Below, piece by piece: positions 1-10,278 of a stretch of 64,000 nt of DNA. Numbering within the stretch: position 1 is the stretch's first letter; the number at the start of each line of letters is the position of its first letter. The stretch spans positions 3,136,001 through 3,200,000 of the forward strand of contig OZ241869.1 in assembly GCA_965202805.1 (NCBI GenBank), written 5' to 3'. The position numbers were made by a program, and so were the translations under genes. Below the pieces are notes generated by a model. It was not told the origin of the DNA and made no database searches. It saw only the letters and a program-made list of their open reading frames with translations. This DNA is from Longimicrobiales bacterium (GTDB lineage Bacteria; Gemmatimonadota; Gemmatimonadetes; Longimicrobiales; Gaopeijiaceae).

Positions 1-240
1 GATCTGTCGTTCGTCGAACCCGGCGGCGCCTTCTACCTCTTCTTCCGGGTGGACTCGGCCTGCGGCCCGGACGAGGGCTCGAGTGATTTCTGCACCCGCA
101 TGCTGGAGGAAGCCGGCGTGGCCCTGGTCCCCGGCTCGGCCTTCGGCGACGACCGCTACGCGCGCATGAGCTTCGCCACCTCCGACGACCTGCTCAGCGA
201 GGCGATTCGTCGGATGGCGCGTGTGCTGGGGGGTGGTTGA
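1..240 (+). CDS. PLP-dependent class I/II aminotransferase, C-terminal part (truncated by window edge)
   Basis: Frame is open from base 1: PGGAFYLF...AGVALVPGSAFG...YARMSFA, the typical aspartate-aminotransferase-family C-terminus. Confidence 0.85.
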   Translation, partial: DLSFVEPGGAFYLFFRVDSACGPDEGSSDFCTRMLEEAGVALVPGSAFGDDRYARMSFATSDDLLSEAIRRMARVLGGG

Positions 241-706
241 GACTCTCCAGCAGCCCCCGGCACGACCGCTCGACGATCCGGAAACACTCCTCGAACCCGC
301 GTCTGCCCCCGTAATAGGGGTCGGGGACATCCTTGTTGCGGCCGGCCTCGGGATCGAACTCGCGCAGGAGGTGCAGACGGGCGGAGCCGTGCGAGGACCG
401 CCGCAGCGCCGCCAGATGTGCGAGATTGCTGCGGTCCATCGCGATCACGTAGTCGAAGTCGCTCATGTCGCTCGCGCCTACCCGGCGGGCATGTCCAGGC
501 AACTCGACTCCATGAGCGCGGCCGACCGCCAGGGCACGCGAATCGGGGCGCTCGCCCACATGCCAGGATCCGGTTCCGGCGGAATCGACGCGCACGTCGA
601 CATCGGCCTGGTTCGCGAGATGGATGAAGACGCCTTCCGCCAGGGGAGACCGGCAGATGTTGCCTAAACACACGAAAAGTATTGAGGTTACGGCGGAATC
701 CGTCAT
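194..706 (-). CDS. Low molecular weight protein-tyrosine phosphatase
   Basis: P-loop CLGNICRS, DSAGT, DPYYGG general-acid motif. Confidence 0.93.
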   Translation of the reverse strand: MTDSAVTSILFVCLGNICRSPLAEGVFIHLANQADVDVRVDSAGTGSWHVGERPDSRALAVGRAHGVELPGHARRVGASDMSDFDYVIAMDRSNLAHLAALRRSSHGSARLHLLREFDPEAGRNKDVPDPYYGGRRGFEECFRIVERSCRGLLESLNHPPAHAPSDESPR

Positions 707-739
707 GTGTGAGGAGAGCGCTTGAGGCTGATATCGGGG

Positions 740-2020
740 ATGAATTCGGAAGACGGCGGGATGCCGGAAGTTACATCGTTCGGGGACATGGGCCTATCCC
801 CCGAGACCCTCGCCGCCGTGGAGGCGCTGGGCTGGAGCCGGCCGACCCCGGTGCAGCGCCGGGCGATTCCGCCGGGGCTGGAGGGCCGGGACATCGTCGG
901 CATCGCGCAGACCGGGACGGGCAAGACGGGCGCCTTTCTCCTCCCCGTGCTGGAACGCGCTGTCCCGGGCGACGGTCTTCAGGCGCTCGTTCTCTGCCCC
1001 ACCCGCGAACTGGCCCAGCAGGTGCTTGGAGACGCGGTTGCCCTCTCTCGCGGGAGAACCCTGCGGTGTGCCGCGATCGTCGGCGGGGTGGGCTACGGGC
1101 CGCAGCGCGCCGCACTTGAAACCGGCACGGAACTGATCGCCGCCACCCCGGGGCGCTTCATCGATCACATGCGCCGCGGGCAGGCGGATCTGAGGCGGGT
1201 CGGCTTCCTGGTCCTGGACGAGGCCGATCGCATGCTCGACATGGGCTTCCGTCCCCAGATCGAGAGTGTCCTCAGGAGGGTGCCCAGGGAGCGCCAGACG
1301 ATGCTCTTCTCGGCCACCATGCCGCACGGCGTTCACGCGCTTTCGCTCCAGGTCACCCGCGACCCGGTGCGCATCGAGGTGGCGCCTTCCGGAACGACCG
1401 CGGAGGGAATCGACGAGCGGGTGTACTCCGTCAAACCGGGGAAGAAGGCGGATCTGCTGGTCCGGCTCCTGTCCGGTCCGGACTGGGACCAGGTGCTCGT
1501 CTTCACCCGCACCAAGCGCGGCGCCGACATGCTGCTCACCCGGCTCAAGCGCGAGGGCATCTCGGTGGATGTCATGCACTCCGACCGCCAGATGCGCCAT
1601 CGGGTGCGGGCGCTCGACCGCTTCGCGACGGGAGGGGTGCGCGTCCTGGTGGCCACCGACATCGCCCAGCGCGGTCTGGACGTGGAAGGCATCTCGCACG
1701 TGGTCAACTACGACATCCCGCTCGACCCCGGCGACTACGTCCACCGCATCGGACGGACGGCGCGGGCGGGCGCGGCGGGCACGGCGGTCAGCTTCCTGAC
1801 CGCGCCGGACCTCGCGTACCTCAAGTCCATAGAACTCCTGCTGGGACGCACCCTGGAGCGCATCCATCTGCCCGAGTTCGACTACGCCGGGACGCCCGTC
1901 GAGCAGCGCGATGAAGGGGCCCGGCGGCGGCATCCGCGATCCGCGCGCGGCTTCGGGTCCAAATCCGCGGACACGCTCTCGCCCGAGGAGCTGGAACGTC
2001 TTCTGGGGCGGCGCTCATAG
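740..2020 (+). CDS. DEAD-box ATP-dependent RNA helicase (RhlE-like)
   Basis: Q motif PTPVQ, AQTGTGKT, PTRELA, TPGR, DEAD, SAT, HRIGRTAR; start could be 740 or 761. Confidence 0.93.
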   Translation: MNSEDGGMPEVTSFGDMGLSPETLAAVEALGWSRPTPVQRRAIPPGLEGRDIVGIAQTGTGKTGAFLLPVLERAVPGDGLQALVLCPTRELAQQVLGDAVALSRGRTLRCAAIVGGVGYGPQRAALETGTELIAATPGRFIDHMRRGQADLRRVGFLVLDEADRMLDMGFRPQIESVLRRVPRERQTMLFSATMPHGVHALSLQVTRDPVRIEVAPSGTTAEGIDERVYSVKPGKKADLLVRLLSGPDWDQVLVFTRTKRGADMLLTRLKREGISVDVMHSDRQMRHRVRALDRFATGGVRVLVATDIAQRGLDVEGISHVVNYDIPLDPGDYVHRIGRTARAGAAGTAVSFLTAPDLAYLKSIELLLGRTLERIHLPEFDYAGTPVEQRDEGARRRHPRSARGFGSKSADTLSPEELERLLGRRS

Positions 2021-2107
2021 CAGCCCGTGGACAGGCTCCCCCCGGCATTCGAGCGGCGATGCATCCACGGACTGCCGGAAGACCTCCACCCGAGAACGGA
2101 CCAACCA

Positions 2108-2514
2108 TGATCCTGAAGCGTTACGGCACCAGGCTGCACAGCGTCCAGCCCGATTTCGATTCCCGCGCCCTTACCGAGATCGGCTTCCGCCGTGACCGGC
2201 GGCTGTCGCTCGGCGCGGCCGATTTCGCGGAACAGTACGAGGCCGTGGAAACGGTGGAGCTGTCCGCGGATGCGGATGGCCCGGTCCACGACCAGGCGGA
2301 ACAGGAGCTGCTGCGTAATCTCGAACAGGCGCTGCTCCGGGTCGAAGCCGATGCGGGCGAGGGCGTGGTGGTGATCGAGAGCGCCCAGGGAGTCGACTAT
2401 CCCAAGACCCGCGACCGGAAGCAGAACCAGGTTCGCCAGGGCCGGAACCGGCTCTACTTCCACTGGACCGTCGACCCGCCGCTGCGGGTCGGCGTTTTCC
2501 GCCGCCGCCGGTGA
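2108..2514 (+). CDS. Hypothetical protein
   Basis: ATG at 2108 (MILKRYG...), GC-rich third positions, globular composition; no family recognised. Confidence 0.7.
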
Positions 2515-2605
2515 ATCCAATCCGGTCGTTCGGCGTATTACTGGTCATGCGGGCCCTGTCAGGGTGACGCGGCTCGCCGCAGGTATAGATGCAAGGAGGT
2601 TGACG

Positions 2606-2767
2606 ATGCTCATCCGCAGATCCAGTACCCGTTTCAGGGGACGCAGGGACTACACCCTGTCCAGCATGCGCGAGACCCGGCCGACGGCGAGCGAGAGGCT
2701 GCTCGGCAGGGAACCCCGCCCCGTCGCCACACAGTCCCGGCAGGAACGGACGGCCGACGCCGGGTGA
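2606..2767 (+). CDS. Putative small basic protein (53 aa)
   Basis: Perfect SD AAGGAGGT at 2593-2600, ATG at 2606, fills an otherwise empty intergenic gap. Confidence 0.45.
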   Translation: MLIRRSSTRFRGRRDYTLSSMRETRPTASERLLGREPRPVATQSRQERTADAG

Positions 2768-2868
2768 TCCCCGCGGTCCCGTAAGCAGGCCGGGCTGACA
2801 CACCTACACGAAAACGGAGCCCCGAGGATGGTCTCGGGGCTCCGTTGCTTTCCTGGCCGGGACCGGCT

Positions 2869-4890
2869 TCAGCGTGCGCCGTCCTCCGTCACCGGCGCCG
2901 GCGTCCTCCACCTCTCGAACCAGCTGCGCAGGTAGAGCTGGGTGCGCAGGAAGTTGGACGGGTTGCTCGAGGTGCCGTGCCACTCGTCCTTGAAGCGCAC
3001 CATGGCCGCGGGGACCTTCAGGACCCGCAGCGCCTGGTAGAACTCCTCCGTCTGCGCCATCGGCGTGCGCAGATCCATCTCGCCGGTCATGAGCATGGTG
3101 GGGGTGGTCACGTTGCCCACGTACATCAGCGGGGAGCGGCGCAGGTGCTCGGAGGGGTCGTCCCAGGGGAAGTGCTCGAAGTTCTTGTACCAGGTGGCTC
3201 CGTCGGTCGTGCCGACGAACGACAGCCAGTTGGTGACCGGGCAGTTCGCGGACGCCGCCCGGAAGCGGTCGGTGTGGCCGACGACCCATGAGGTCAGCAC
3301 GCCGCCCCCCGAGCAGCCGTAGACGAACATGTTGTCGGTGTCGACGTAGCCCTGCGCGATCACCTCGTCGACGCCGTTCATCAGGTCGTTGTAGTCCTTG
3401 CCCGGATAGGCGTTCTTGATCGCGTTGCCGAAGGCGCTGCCGTAGCCCGAGCTGCCGCGCGGGTTGGTGTAGAGCACCACGTAGCCGTTGGCCGCGTGGT
3501 TCTGCCAGCCGAAGTTGAAGCCCACGTTGTACATCCCGTGGGGTCCGCCATGGATCGCGAGGATGAGGGGATAGCGCTGTGAGGGATCGAAGTCGGGCGG
3601 CTTGATGATCCAGCCCTGGATGTCGAAGTCGTCGACGGACTTGTACCAGATCTCCTCGACTTCGCCGAGCCTGACGTCGGCCAGGATGTCGTCGTTGACG
3701 CGCGTGAGCTGCCGGATGTCGCCGGGACTGTCGAGCCCGAAGGAGATGACGTCGCCGGTCTCGTGGTAGCTCGTGAGGGTGCCGACCGCGCGGCCGCGCT
3801 CGTCGATCGTGGTGACGGCGAGCATGTGGTTCCCGCTGGTCACCGCGCGCGGCTCGCCGCTCACCGGGGCGAACCAGAGGTTCGAGTTGCCCGTCATCGC
3901 GGCAGTGAAGTACACCCCGCTGCCGTCCCGGGCCCAGGTGACGCCTGAGAGGCGGCGTCCCAGCTCGCCGCCGATGCGCCGTGAGCCCGAGCCGTCCGCG
4001 TTCATCAGGTAGAGGCCGGTCTCGACGTAGGTGTCGTCGGACCAGTCGTTGGCCTGGTAGGCGATCAGGCTGCCGTCGGGAGAGGGGACCGGGCTCCCGT
4101 CGGGGCCGCGGTGGTCGGTGATCTGGCGAATCGCGCGCGAGCGCACGTCCACGGCGTAGATCTCGGACTCGCGCCAGGTCTTGTCGATGTCCTCGGAGTC
4201 CTCGATGCGCAGCGACTGGAAGACGATCTCCGAGCCGTCGGGCATCCAGCGGGGAGCGGCGTGGTTCCAGTCGCCGTCGGTGAGCTGGCGCGGGGTGCCG
4301 CCTTCCGCAGGCACCAGGAAAAGGTGCTGGAAGCCGTCGTCGATGTAGCCCCGGCGGTCACGGCGGTAGGTCAGCCGGGTGACGATCTTGGGGGCCTCGG
4401 TCCAGCGCGCGCCCTCGGGCGGCGAGGGCATGTCGATCGCCCAGCGTTCGTCCGACGGCACCGTCATGACGAAGGAGATGTGGGTGCCGTCCGGCGACCA
4501 GGCGATGTCCGACGGGCCTTCTTCCAGACGGGTGATCTGCGTGGTGGCGCCCTCCGCGTCCATCCAGCGCACGAAGATCTGCGAGTCCCTCAGGAAGGCG
4601 ATGCGGGTGCCGTCGGGCGACCAGCGCGGGCTCGATCCCTCGAGCAGGAAGCGGGCGCGCGAGCCGTCGGCGTTCATTACCCAGACCGACGAGGCCCGGC
4701 GATCGTCCTGCTGGTCCACCCAGGACCGCGTGTAGACGATTCGGCTGCCGTCGGGGGAGATGCGGGGATCGGCCACCCACTCCCAGTCCAGGTACTTGTC
4801 GAGGGACAGAACCTCTCCCTCCTGGGCGGATACCTGGGGCGCGAGGGCGAGCAGCAGGAACAGCGGGATCATTGGGGATCGGCGGACCAT
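2869..4890 (-). CDS. Secreted S9 family peptidase (acylaminoacyl/dipeptidyl peptidase-like) with PD40 beta-propeller
   Basis: Signal peptide, WSPDG repeats, IHGGPH, NPRGSSGYG, nucleophile G-C-S-G-G, D (DLRTP) and H (EWHG); SD GGAGG before ATG 4890. Confidence 0.9.
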   Translation of the reverse strand: MVRRSPMIPLFLLLALAPQVSAQEGEVLSLDKYLDWEWVADPRISPDGSRIVYTRSWVDQQDDRRASSVWVMNADGSRARFLLEGSSPRWSPDGTRIAFLRDSQIFVRWMDAEGATTQITRLEEGPSDIAWSPDGTHISFVMTVPSDERWAIDMPSPPEGARWTEAPKIVTRLTYRRDRRGYIDDGFQHLFLVPAEGGTPRQLTDGDWNHAAPRWMPDGSEIVFQSLRIEDSEDIDKTWRESEIYAVDVRSRAIRQITDHRGPDGSPVPSPDGSLIAYQANDWSDDTYVETGLYLMNADGSGSRRIGGELGRRLSGVTWARDGSGVYFTAAMTGNSNLWFAPVSGEPRAVTSGNHMLAVTTIDERGRAVGTLTSYHETGDVISFGLDSPGDIRQLTRVNDDILADVRLGEVEEIWYKSVDDFDIQGWIIKPPDFDPSQRYPLILAIHGGPHGMYNVGFNFGWQNHAANGYVVLYTNPRGSSGYGSAFGNAIKNAYPGKDYNDLMNGVDEVIAQGYVDTDNMFVYGCSGGGVLTSWVVGHTDRFRAASANCPVTNWLSFVGTTDGATWYKNFEHFPWDDPSEHLRRSPLMYVGNVTTPTMLMTGEMDLRTPMAQTEEFYQALRVLKVPAAMVRFKDEWHGTSSNPSNFLRTQLYLRSWFERWRTPAPVTEDGAR

Positions 4891-5176
4891 CTTCATCCTC
4901 CGGAAAAGCAAGGGCACTCTTGAGCCTCCGAAAACTCGGGAACGGAAACGAAAGCTACCGGAGTCGAAACTCGCGGGCCAGAGAGTCCGGGAGTCATGGC
5001 TGGAGACGCGCCGCGAGGCGGCTCAGCCGACGGGTGCCGGATACGGGTTGCGGGATCGGGTGGCTTCGCCGTCTCCGGGGCATTTGCTCCCGCGCCTCGG
5101 GTGCCCCCACATTCCGGGTCTGTACGGTTCGAGCGCCAGCACGTCTGGTGTGCCACGTGATTCCGGAGAGACCATC

Positions 5177-7672
5177 ATGGCCCCGACCACCACACCCTCC
5201 CGCCCCATGTCCACGGCCCGGCGATTCCGCGGCAGCGGACGGAGAATGCTGCAATCCACGCTGGTGGCGGCCTGCGCCGCTGCGTTCCTGAGCGCGGGCG
5301 CGGCCGACGCCTCCGCCCAGGACGGGTACCGCATGCCTCCCGAGGAGATCGTGCGAATCCTGGACGCGCCTCCTCCCCCGTTCGTGAACGTCAGCCCGGA
5401 CGGGGAGTGGATCGTCCTCACGGGGCGTCTCAGCATGCCCTCGATCGAAGACATGGCGCAGCCCATGCTGCGTCTGGGGGGGCGGCGCATCAATCCGGCG
5501 ACAACCGGTGTTTTCGGACCCTCCACCGGACGAAATCCGGGACTCACGACGACCCTCTCCGTGATGAACGTCTCCGACGGCTCCCAGCGTCCGGTCGACG
5601 CGCCCGAGGGCGGCTGGGGCGTGCCGCGCTTCGCCCCCGGGGGAGACCGCTTCGCCATCACGCGCACCGTAAGCGACGGGATCGAGCTCTGGATGGGGAG
5701 CGTCTCGGAGGCGAGCGTCCGCAGGCTCACCGGCGAGCGGCTGAACGGCGTGCGCGGAGAACCCTGCGACTGGATGCCCGGCGGGGACGAGTTGCTCTGC
5801 ACCCTGGTGCCTTCGGGCCGCGGCCCCTCTCCCATGGCGCCCTCGGTGCCCGGCGGCCCGGTCATCCAGGAGGCCGAAGGAAGGAACGCCCCGGTGCGCA
5901 CCTACCAGGATCTCATCGAAGACTCCCACGGCGAGGCGCTGTTCGAGTACTTCGCCACCTCCCGGCCCGCTCTGGTCGATGCGGACGACGGGACCGTGCG
6001 CACGCTGGCGGAACCCGGCATCTGGGATCTCAGTCGTTCGCCCAGCGGCGCGTACATCCTCGCGGAGAGGACCGTGCGCCCCTTCTCCTACCTGGTGCCG
6101 GATTCGCGCTTCCCGAAAGAGCTGGAGATCTGGAGCCGGGACGGCGGCGTGGTGGCCGAAGTCGCGGCGATCCCCCTCGCGGACGGAGCCCCGATCGGGG
6201 GCGTGGAGGAGGGACCGCGCGGCCACCGCTGGATTCCCGGAGAGGATCACACGCTCATGTGGGTCGAGGCGCTGGACGGGGGCGATCCCTGGACGGAGGC
6301 GGAGAACCGCGACCGCGTGATGCGGCTGACGGCCCCGTTCGACGGTGAGGCCGGCGAAGTGGCGCGAACGGCCCTCCGCTACGCGGGACTCTCGCGCGGG
6401 GAGGATGGTCTGGCGCTGCTGACCGAGACCTGGCGCCGGTCCAACACGGTCCGCACCTGGCAGATCGACCTGGATGGCGGCGGCGAACCCCGGCTGATCT
6501 GGGAACGCAACTCGCAGGACCGCTACAGCGATCCCGGAACGCCGGTGACGCGGCGCGCGGAGAACGGCGAGTCGCTCATCGTGCAGGACGGCGACTGGAT
6601 CTTCCTGACGGGTGCGGGAGCCTCGGATGCCGGCGACCATCCGTTCCTCGACCGCATGAATCTCGCCACCGGCGAGAGCGAACGCCTCTTCCAGGCCGCT
6701 CCCGGCAGCTACGAGTCCGTGGTCGCCATGCTCGACGACGACGGCCGCCGGGTCCTCACCCAGCACGAGACCCCGCTTGACCCGCCCAACTACTTCGTGC
6801 GCGACACCCGCTCCGAGGACCGCAGGCAGCTGACCCGGTTCGAAAACCCCCATCCCCAGCTCTCCGGCGTGACCCGCCAGTTCGTCACCTACGAGCGCGA
6901 GGACGGGGTGCAGCTCTCCGGTACGCTCTACCTCCCCGCCGACTACGAGGAGGGAACGCGGCTGCCCACGATCGTGTGGGCCTATCCCCGGGAGTACTCG
7001 AATCCCGACGTGGCCGGCCAGGTGCGCGGATCGCCCAGCCGCTTCACGCGCGTGGGAGGCGCCTCACACCTCTTCTTCCTGACCCAGGGATATGCGGTCT
7101 TCGACGGACCCACCATGCCGATCATCGGGGAGGAGACCCCCAACGACACCTACGTGGACCAACTGGTGAGCTCGGCCGCGGCGGCCGTGGACAAGGTGGT
7201 CGAAATGGGCGTGACCGACCGCGACCGGGTCGGCGTCGGCGGCCACAGCTACGGCGCCTTCATGACCGCCAACCTGCTCGCCCACTCCGACCTGTTCCAG
7301 GCCGGCATCGCGCGCAGCGGCGCGTACAATCGCACCCTCACCCCTTTCGGCTTCCAGAACGAGCGCCGCACCTTCTGGGAGGCGGGCGACGTCTACTTCG
7401 CGATGTCGCCGTTCATGCACGCCGACGACATCAACGAACCGATGATCCTCATCCACGGGGATGCCGACAACAACTCGGGGACCTTCCCGGTGCAGTCCCG
7501 GCGCATGTTCCACGCGATGAAGGGCAACGGCGGCACGGCCCGGCTGGTGATGCTCCCCCACGAGAGCCACGGCTACCGCGGGCGCGAATCGGTGATGCAC
7601 GCCGTGGCCGAGATGATCGAGTGGATGGACAGGTACGTGAAGAACGCGGGGACACCGGTGATGGACCGGTAG
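5177..7672 (+). CDS. Secreted S9 prolyl-oligopeptidase-family protein (glutamyl-endopeptidase/S9D-like)
   Basis: Signal peptide (ADASA-Q), GGHSYGAFMTANLL, GIARSGAYNRTLTPFGFQ, HGDADNN, HESHGY. Confidence 0.88.
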   Translation: MAPTTTPSRPMSTARRFRGSGRRMLQSTLVAACAAAFLSAGAADASAQDGYRMPPEEIVRILDAPPPPFVNVSPDGEWIVLTGRLSMPSIEDMAQPMLRLGGRRINPATTGVFGPSTGRNPGLTTTLSVMNVSDGSQRPVDAPEGGWGVPRFAPGGDRFAITRTVSDGIELWMGSVSEASVRRLTGERLNGVRGEPCDWMPGGDELLCTLVPSGRGPSPMAPSVPGGPVIQEAEGRNAPVRTYQDLIEDSHGEALFEYFATSRPALVDADDGTVRTLAEPGIWDLSRSPSGAYILAERTVRPFSYLVPDSRFPKELEIWSRDGGVVAEVAAIPLADGAPIGGVEEGPRGHRWIPGEDHTLMWVEALDGGDPWTEAENRDRVMRLTAPFDGEAGEVARTALRYAGLSRGEDGLALLTETWRRSNTVRTWQIDLDGGGEPRLIWERNSQDRYSDPGTPVTRRAENGESLIVQDGDWIFLTGAGASDAGDHPFLDRMNLATGESERLFQAAPGSYESVVAMLDDDGRRVLTQHETPLDPPNYFVRDTRSEDRRQLTRFENPHPQLSGVTRQFVTYEREDGVQLSGTLYLPADYEEGTRLPTIVWAYPREYSNPDVAGQVRGSPSRFTRVGGASHLFFLTQGYAVFDGPTMPIIGEETPNDTYVDQLVSSAAAAVDKVVEMGVTDRDRVGVGGHSYGAFMTANLLAHSDLFQAGIARSGAYNRTLTPFGFQNERRTFWEAGDVYFAMSPFMHADDINEPMILIHGDADNNSGTFPVQSRRMFHAMKGNGGTARLVMLPHESHGYRGRESVMHAVAEMIEWMDRYVKNAGTPVMDR

Positions 7673-7675
7673 GGG

Positions 7676-8632
7676 GTGGACGAGTCGCTGGAGGCCGTCG
7701 CCCGGCGATGTTTCGAGCGGGAGGAGGCACAGAGGCGGGAGAAGAAGAAGGGGTGGCATTTGGCGCTCGCGCGGGGATGGGCGAATACCCCGAGCGCGAG
7801 CCGCGACCTTGCGGAAACCGTCGGGTGCACCTGGTCCCTCCTCAAGCTCGGAGGACTGTGGCTGATCTTCGGGCTGGTGCTGGACTCCGGCTTTCTGGGT
7901 CTTGGTTCGGCGCTGGCGACACTGGCGGCCGTGCGCTTTCTTCCCGCCCGCCAGCGAATGTCCCGCCGCCTGGCAGCCTTTCGCGCCGGCGATCCGGATG
8001 CGACCGAAGCCGTGTACCGATTCGCCGTGGACGAATTCCGCGGGCAGGTCGAGAGACACAGGGCGCGAACCCTGGGGCGCGGATCCGAATGGGGCGCCGC
8101 TCGCGCTGAGCTCGCCGGGGCCGTGGACGACGCCCACCGTTCGATGGCCTACTGGCGGGCCCGTCTGAGCCAGGATCCCGACAATCGGACGTTCGCCGGC
8201 CAGTTGAAGACGGCGACCGGACTGCATGCCAAGCTCCGTTCAGCCCTCGGAAAGCTCGACGGACGGGCCGACGTCCTTCGCAGGTTCTATAACGACTGCG
8301 AGGCCAGAATCGCGGTCATGGACCGCTGCAACCGCGACATCGAGGAGACCCGTCGGCTCGACCGGCTGTCGGGAGCCGCCGACATGGTGATTGCCGGGGC
8401 CGAGACGGCGCTGGCGGGGATCGGCGCAAGCTTCGTGCGCGAGGCTCGGAAGGTGGGGGAGGTGCTTGGATCCTTCGAACGTCTCCAACTGAAGTCGCTC
8501 GCAGGCGAGGCGCCGCTGGACGACATCGAGTTCCTGGCCGACCGGATCAACGAGTCCTCCGAAGCGGAGTTCGCCACCGTCGAGCGATTGAGTCGGACGA
8601 TGGGGGAGTTCGGCGAACCCGGCGGGGGGTGA
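7676..8632 (+). CDS. Hypothetical membrane protein with a long helical/coiled-coil C-terminus
   Basis: 318-aa ORF starting 3 nt after the S9 stop; hydrophobic hairpin near aa 55-88, then amphipathic helices. Confidence 0.65.
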   Translation: MDESLEAVARRCFEREEAQRREKKKGWHLALARGWANTPSASRDLAETVGCTWSLLKLGGLWLIFGLVLDSGFLGLGSALATLAAVRFLPARQRMSRRLAAFRAGDPDATEAVYRFAVDEFRGQVERHRARTLGRGSEWGAARAELAGAVDDAHRSMAYWRARLSQDPDNRTFAGQLKTATGLHAKLRSALGKLDGRADVLRRFYNDCEARIAVMDRCNRDIEETRRLDRLSGAADMVIAGAETALAGIGASFVREARKVGEVLGSFERLQLKSLAGEAPLDDIEFLADRINESSEAEFATVERLSRTMGEFGEPGGG

Positions 8633-8641
8633 GTGGGGCGG

Positions 8642-9442
8642 CTACGTCGCCCGGAGCAGCGCCATCACGTCCTCCCGGTTCGCCATCTCCTGCTCGCGTT
8701 CCAGAAACGGTCTCACGTCCGCGGAGACACCGCTCCAGGAGATCGCGGTGAGCCGTTGAAGCACCGCCCTTCGCCAACCGTCCCGGGTAAGGGGGATGGT
8801 CCCGGCGTCACTCTGCGCAAGCGCTGAATTGAGCAGTCGGAGGTTGGGCGCCGGCCAGGCGGGATCGCTCAGGTACCAGACGAGGTCGTAGACGTCCCGG
8901 CCCTTCGTCCACGGTCGGCGGAGCAGCGCGTGCAGCTTGCCCGCAAACAGGGATCCGCGGTCGTGGTGATGGAGTCGCAGGGGCACATGCCTGCGAACCA
9001 GCCGGGTTTCGGTCACCGCTCCCTTCGGGGGTCGGGTGTCCACGTCCACCTTGACGGCCAGAACCTCGTCGCGATGCGGCGACAGTCCGGTCTCGTACAG
9101 GATGCCGGAGAACCGTACCCAGGCCGAGTGGACGCTTCCCCGCTCGCGGAGCGAAGTCCTGATCGCGTATTGCTCGCGTCGGAACTGGCGAGTCATCGCC
9201 TCGATCCACCTGCGCAGGTCGTAAGCCTCGCGGGCGCCCTCCAGGGCGAAATCGAGATCTTCCGAGTACCGGGGCAGATCGTACAGGAAGCGAAGAGCGG
9301 TGCCTCCCTGGAACGCCAGCACGCCCATCGCTCCCGCGCGCTGAAGTCCTTCCAGAACGCGCGCCTGAAGGTACTCCCGCAGCACGTTCCGACCCACAAG
9401 GGCATCCATGTTCCGAACCAGCGCGCGCACGTGGTCCTTCAT
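8642..9442 (-). CDS. abiEii: Type IV TA toxin, AbiEii-family nucleotidyltransferase
   Basis: FQGGTALRFLY-LPRYSEDLDF, KLHA, KGRDVYDL motifs; ATG overlaps the upstream TGA (ATGA). Confidence 0.9.
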   Translation of the reverse strand: MKDHVRALVRNMDALVGRNVLREYLQARVLEGLQRAGAMGVLAFQGGTALRFLYDLPRYSEDLDFALEGAREAYDLRRWIEAMTRQFRREQYAIRTSLRERGSVHSAWVRFSGILYETGLSPHRDEVLAVKVDVDTRPPKGAVTETRLVRRHVPLRLHHHDRGSLFAGKLHALLRRPWTKGRDVYDLVWYLSDPAWPAPNLRLLNSALAQSDAGTIPLTRDGWRRAVLQRLTAISWSGVSADVRPFLEREQEMANREDVMALLRAT

Positions 9443-10077
9443 GGCTGCTCGAAGGCCAACTCGGGATCGTTCGAGAGCGCCCGCACGCAGGCGGCGGCTC
9501 GAATGAGCTTCGGCCGGCCGAGGGACGAGGCCAGATCTCGCATCACGTCGGGTGACAGATTCTCGACATTCAGGCGGAGCTCTCCGATCCACGCGGGATC
9601 ATCGCCGCGAGGTTGCAGATGAACCATGTCCAGAAAAGCCTTTTCGGGAGATGCCACGAAGGCGCTTTGCCCCGAACCGAGGTTCACCAGCCGGTAACCG
9701 CGTCGCATGTCTCCCTTCAGATACCTGAACGAGTAGCGGCCCAACGGTGTTGTCCTGACATGCCGGCGCCCCGGACCGCAGCTGGTGACTTCCGGTACGA
9801 ATTCCGGAATGGCGTGGGCGAACGCGAGCGCGGACAAACCGGTTACGTAGCTTCCCGGAACGAGTCGGTTCGCGACGAGGAAGGGATGAGGGATCAGCTT
9901 CCGGTAGGGGGGCGCCAGCGAGTACAGGCCCCTCCGTAGCCGGAAGACCCTCCCGGAGCGCTGCCAACGGCTGAGTTGCGCCGGAAGTCCCGGTTCCGGC
10001 GAACGCCCGGCCATCAGAAACCCTGTCTCGAAGACGGGCTCGTCCTCGACGATCTCGAGGAGTTCGGAGAATTTCAT
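9439..10077 (-). CDS. abiEi: Type IV TA antitoxin, AbiEi-family transcriptional regulator
   Basis: N-terminal wHTH (QLSRW...RLRRGLY), SYVTGLSAL, ASPEKAFLD; translationally coupled to abiEii. Confidence 0.85.
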   Translation of the reverse strand: MKFSELLEIVEDEPVFETGFLMAGRSPEPGLPAQLSRWQRSGRVFRLRRGLYSLAPPYRKLIPHPFLVANRLVPGSYVTGLSALAFAHAIPEFVPEVTSCGPGRRHVRTTPLGRYSFRYLKGDMRRGYRLVNLGSGQSAFVASPEKAFLDMVHLQPRGDDPAWIGELRLNVENLSPDVMRDLASSLGRPKLIRAAACVRALSNDPELAFEQP

Positions 10078-10210
10078 GCGATGACAATTGCTTGGTCAGG
10101 CAAGTTAACGCAATGAATCGGGTGCGACTGACCACCGGTACGCGGTTCTGGTTCGTCGCCCACGAGGGGGCACCGCGCCATCTGGACGAGCACGCGCACC
10201 AGCAGCGTCG

Positions 10211-10278
10211 GATATGGATGATCTGGTATACATGAACAGCCACAAATCACCGATTTTGTATACTAAATCCTCCAAATC
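10211..10278. repeat. AT-rich imperfect inverted repeat (22-bp arms, 24-bp spacer), possible operator
   Basis: GATATGGATGATCTGGTATACA (10211-10232) versus TGTATACTAAATCCTCCAAATC (10257-10278): 18/22 complementary. Confidence 0.55.

Noticed and set aside
194..240. 47-bp convergent overlap between the aminotransferase and LMW-PTP genes as a regulatory feature
   Set aside because: Short tail-to-tail overlaps are common in compact GC-rich genomes and the overlapping tail is non-conserved sequence
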